Positions 26,429 to 27,705 of a stretch of DNA of 27,705 nucleotides are shown piece after piece. The stretch spans positions 1 to 27,705 of the forward strand of contig JBMYJV010000001.1 in the NCBI GenBank assembly GCA_049594755.1. The letters run 5' to 3'. Below the pieces are notes generated by a model, which had not been told where the DNA came from, searched no databases, and was given only the letters and a program-made list of their open reading frames with translations. The translations under genes and the position numbers were made by a program. Each line of letters begins with the position of its first letter. The stretch's first letter is position 1. The DNA comes from Candidatus Poseidoniaceae archaeon. Lineage in GTDB: Archaea; Thermoplasmatota; Poseidoniia; Poseidoniales; Poseidoniaceae.

Positions 26429-26436
26429 CATATATG
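26429..26436 (+). promoter_or_regulatory. TATA-like element CATATATG upstream of ubiX
   Basis: 22-29 nt upstream of ATG 26458. Same 8-mer as upstream of the SDR. Confidence 0.45.
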
Positions 26437-26457
26437 AGAACGGCCGGATTTGGCTAC

Positions 26458-27033
26458 ATGGGAGAAGTCGTTCTGGGTATTTCAGGCGCAAGTGGAGCCA
26501 TTTACGGTGTCCGTCTTGCCCAGGCACTGAACGAGCTTGGTATCGGCATTCGACTCGTCGTCAGTGACTCAGGCCGTATCACACTCAAGCATGAATGCGA
26601 TACGACGCCTGAAGCTCTTGCAGAGGAAACTGGAGCCATTCTTGAAGCACAAGCCAACATTGGCGCAAAATCTGCTTCAGGTTCTGCACCGATTGACGCT
26701 GTTGTTATTTGCCCATGTTCCGGTACAACGCTCGGCAAACTTGCTGCAGGTATTGGTGACAATTTGATCACACGATCTGCCATTGTTGCCATGAAAGAAC
26801 AGCGCAAACTCATCATCGTACCTCGAGAGGCCCCCTATGCGACGGTCCATCTTGAGAACATGGCCAAACTCTCTGGCTGGGGTACTGTTGTCATTCCAGC
26901 ATCGCCGGGATTCTACAATCATCCAACATCCATTGACGACATGGTCGATTTCGTTGTTGCCCGCATTCTCGATCAAATCGGTCTTGAACACACCATCGGG
27001 AAGCGTTGGACTGGCGAAGAGTTGGACGAGTGA
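26458..27033 (+). CDS. ubiX: Flavin prenyltransferase UbiX
   Basis: GISGASGAIYG, PCSGTTLGKLAAG, KEQRKLIIVPREAP, PASPGFY, RILD motifs. Confidence 0.94.
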   Translation: MGEVVLGISGASGAIYGVRLAQALNELGIGIRLVVSDSGRITLKHECDTTPEALAEETGAILEAQANIGAKSASGSAPIDAVVICPCSGTTLGKLAAGIGDNLITRSAIVAMKEQRKLIIVPREAPYATVHLENMAKLSGWGTVVIPASPGFYNHPTSIDDMVDFVVARILDQIGLEHTIGKRWTGEELDE

Positions 27034-27082
27034 CAATCAGTTATCCAACGGGTTCAAATGAGCAAGCCGTTTGTTTGACTTC

Positions 27083-27705
27083 ATGAGCACAGAAGATTCG
27101 CTTGAATCTTTGACGGTTGAGCAACTCAAAACGATGCTTGAAGAGCGTGGTTTGCCAAAATCTGGCAAAAAAGCAGAATTGATCGAAAGACTCAGTGTAC
27201 CCGATGAGAAAAACGTCATCGAGTTAGGAACATCTGTTTGGAGCAGAACCGTTGTTGGTCAATTCAACCTTGCACAAACCGTTGGCTCTTTGGCTGCGGT
27301 CCTCCTCCTCATGGTGGTCGTGTTCAATCCTTCAATTCTTGGCTTCAGAGAAGACGAGCCAGTGTACCAGCCGATTGGATTTGATGCAAGTCAAACACGA
27401 TGGTACGCACAAGAACTCGTCAATTTGGGGCATCCTGAATGGGAAGGGCGTATGTCCGGAAGTCCTGAAGAGGCTGCTGGAGCGCAAATGATTCTCGACA
27501 ATCTTACCGAAATGGGGTACTCGCCTCAATTGAATACCTATCCAGTTCCGATGTTTGCCATCAACAGTGCTCCCATTCTCTCAATGTGTATCCCGCCTGC
27601 GGGCGGACTCTTTGGAGGTCCTGTCACCGGTGCAGCATGCAACAGTGGCGTTGGTGCGCAAATTACAACCTTTGAACATCGAACAGAATTTGTTCTTCAA
27701 GGATA
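27083..27705 (+). CDS. SAP domain - TM - M28-like metallopeptidase fusion (truncated at window end)
   Basis: Not in the ORF track (no stop in window); open from ATG 27083 to the edge. LESLTVEQLKTMLEERGLPKSGKKAELIERL is a SAP signature. TM VGSLAAVLLLMVVVF. GRMSGSPEEAAGAQMI..NLTEMGY resembles the M28 N-terminal helix. The Zn ligands lie beyond the window. Confidence 0.75.
   Translation, partial: MSTEDSLESLTVEQLKTMLEERGLPKSGKKAELIERLSVPDEKNVIELGTSVWSRTVVGQFNLAQTVGSLAAVLLLMVVVFNPSILGFREDEPVYQPIGFDASQTRWYAQELVNLGHPEWEGRMSGSPEEAAGAQMILDNLTEMGYSPQLNTYPVPMFAINSAPILSMCIPPAGGLFGGPVTGAACNSGVGAQITTFEHRTEFVLQG

Noticed and set aside
1-27705. CRISPR arrays, IS elements, rRNA
   Set aside because: No regularly spaced direct repeats, transposase motifs or rRNA-like segments were seen.

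Overview
Archaeal chromosomal window, most likely Marine Group II (Ca. Poseidoniales). This is inferred from GGTGA/GAGGTG ribosome-binding sites, apparently leaderless genes, an LSGC lipoprotein, a SAP-domain membrane protein and giant Ca-motif surface proteins. Left to right: (1) a >=2951-aa surface protein on the minus strand that the ORF track missed because it runs off the left edge, with DxDxDG repeats, a transglutaminase-like core, a long Ig-like stalk, a TM helix and a DUF4129-like tail; (2) a 956-aa membrane-anchored beta-sandwich protein; (3) tRNA-Leu(TAA); (4) a PTR1/FolM-like reductase; (5) a lipA-bkdA1-bkdA2-bkdB-lpd operon; (6) two tandem paralogous membrane proteins; (7) a compositionally mosaic lipoprotein; (8) a eukaryote-like class Ia RNR (nrdB-nrdA); (9) dut, lipB, a DUF4190-like gene and ubiX; (10) a SAP-TM-M28-like peptidase truncated at the right edge. 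The strongest unexplained signal is in the 262-bp nrdB/dut divergent spacer: a near-consensus archaeal origin recognition box (GTTCCAGTGGAAACAGAGG) beside an AT-rich tract, with degenerate facing half-sites and no orc1/cdc6 in the window. It is either a replication origin embedded in dNTP-supply genes or an Orc1/Cdc6 site regulating them. No CRISPR, rRNA or mobile element is evident.
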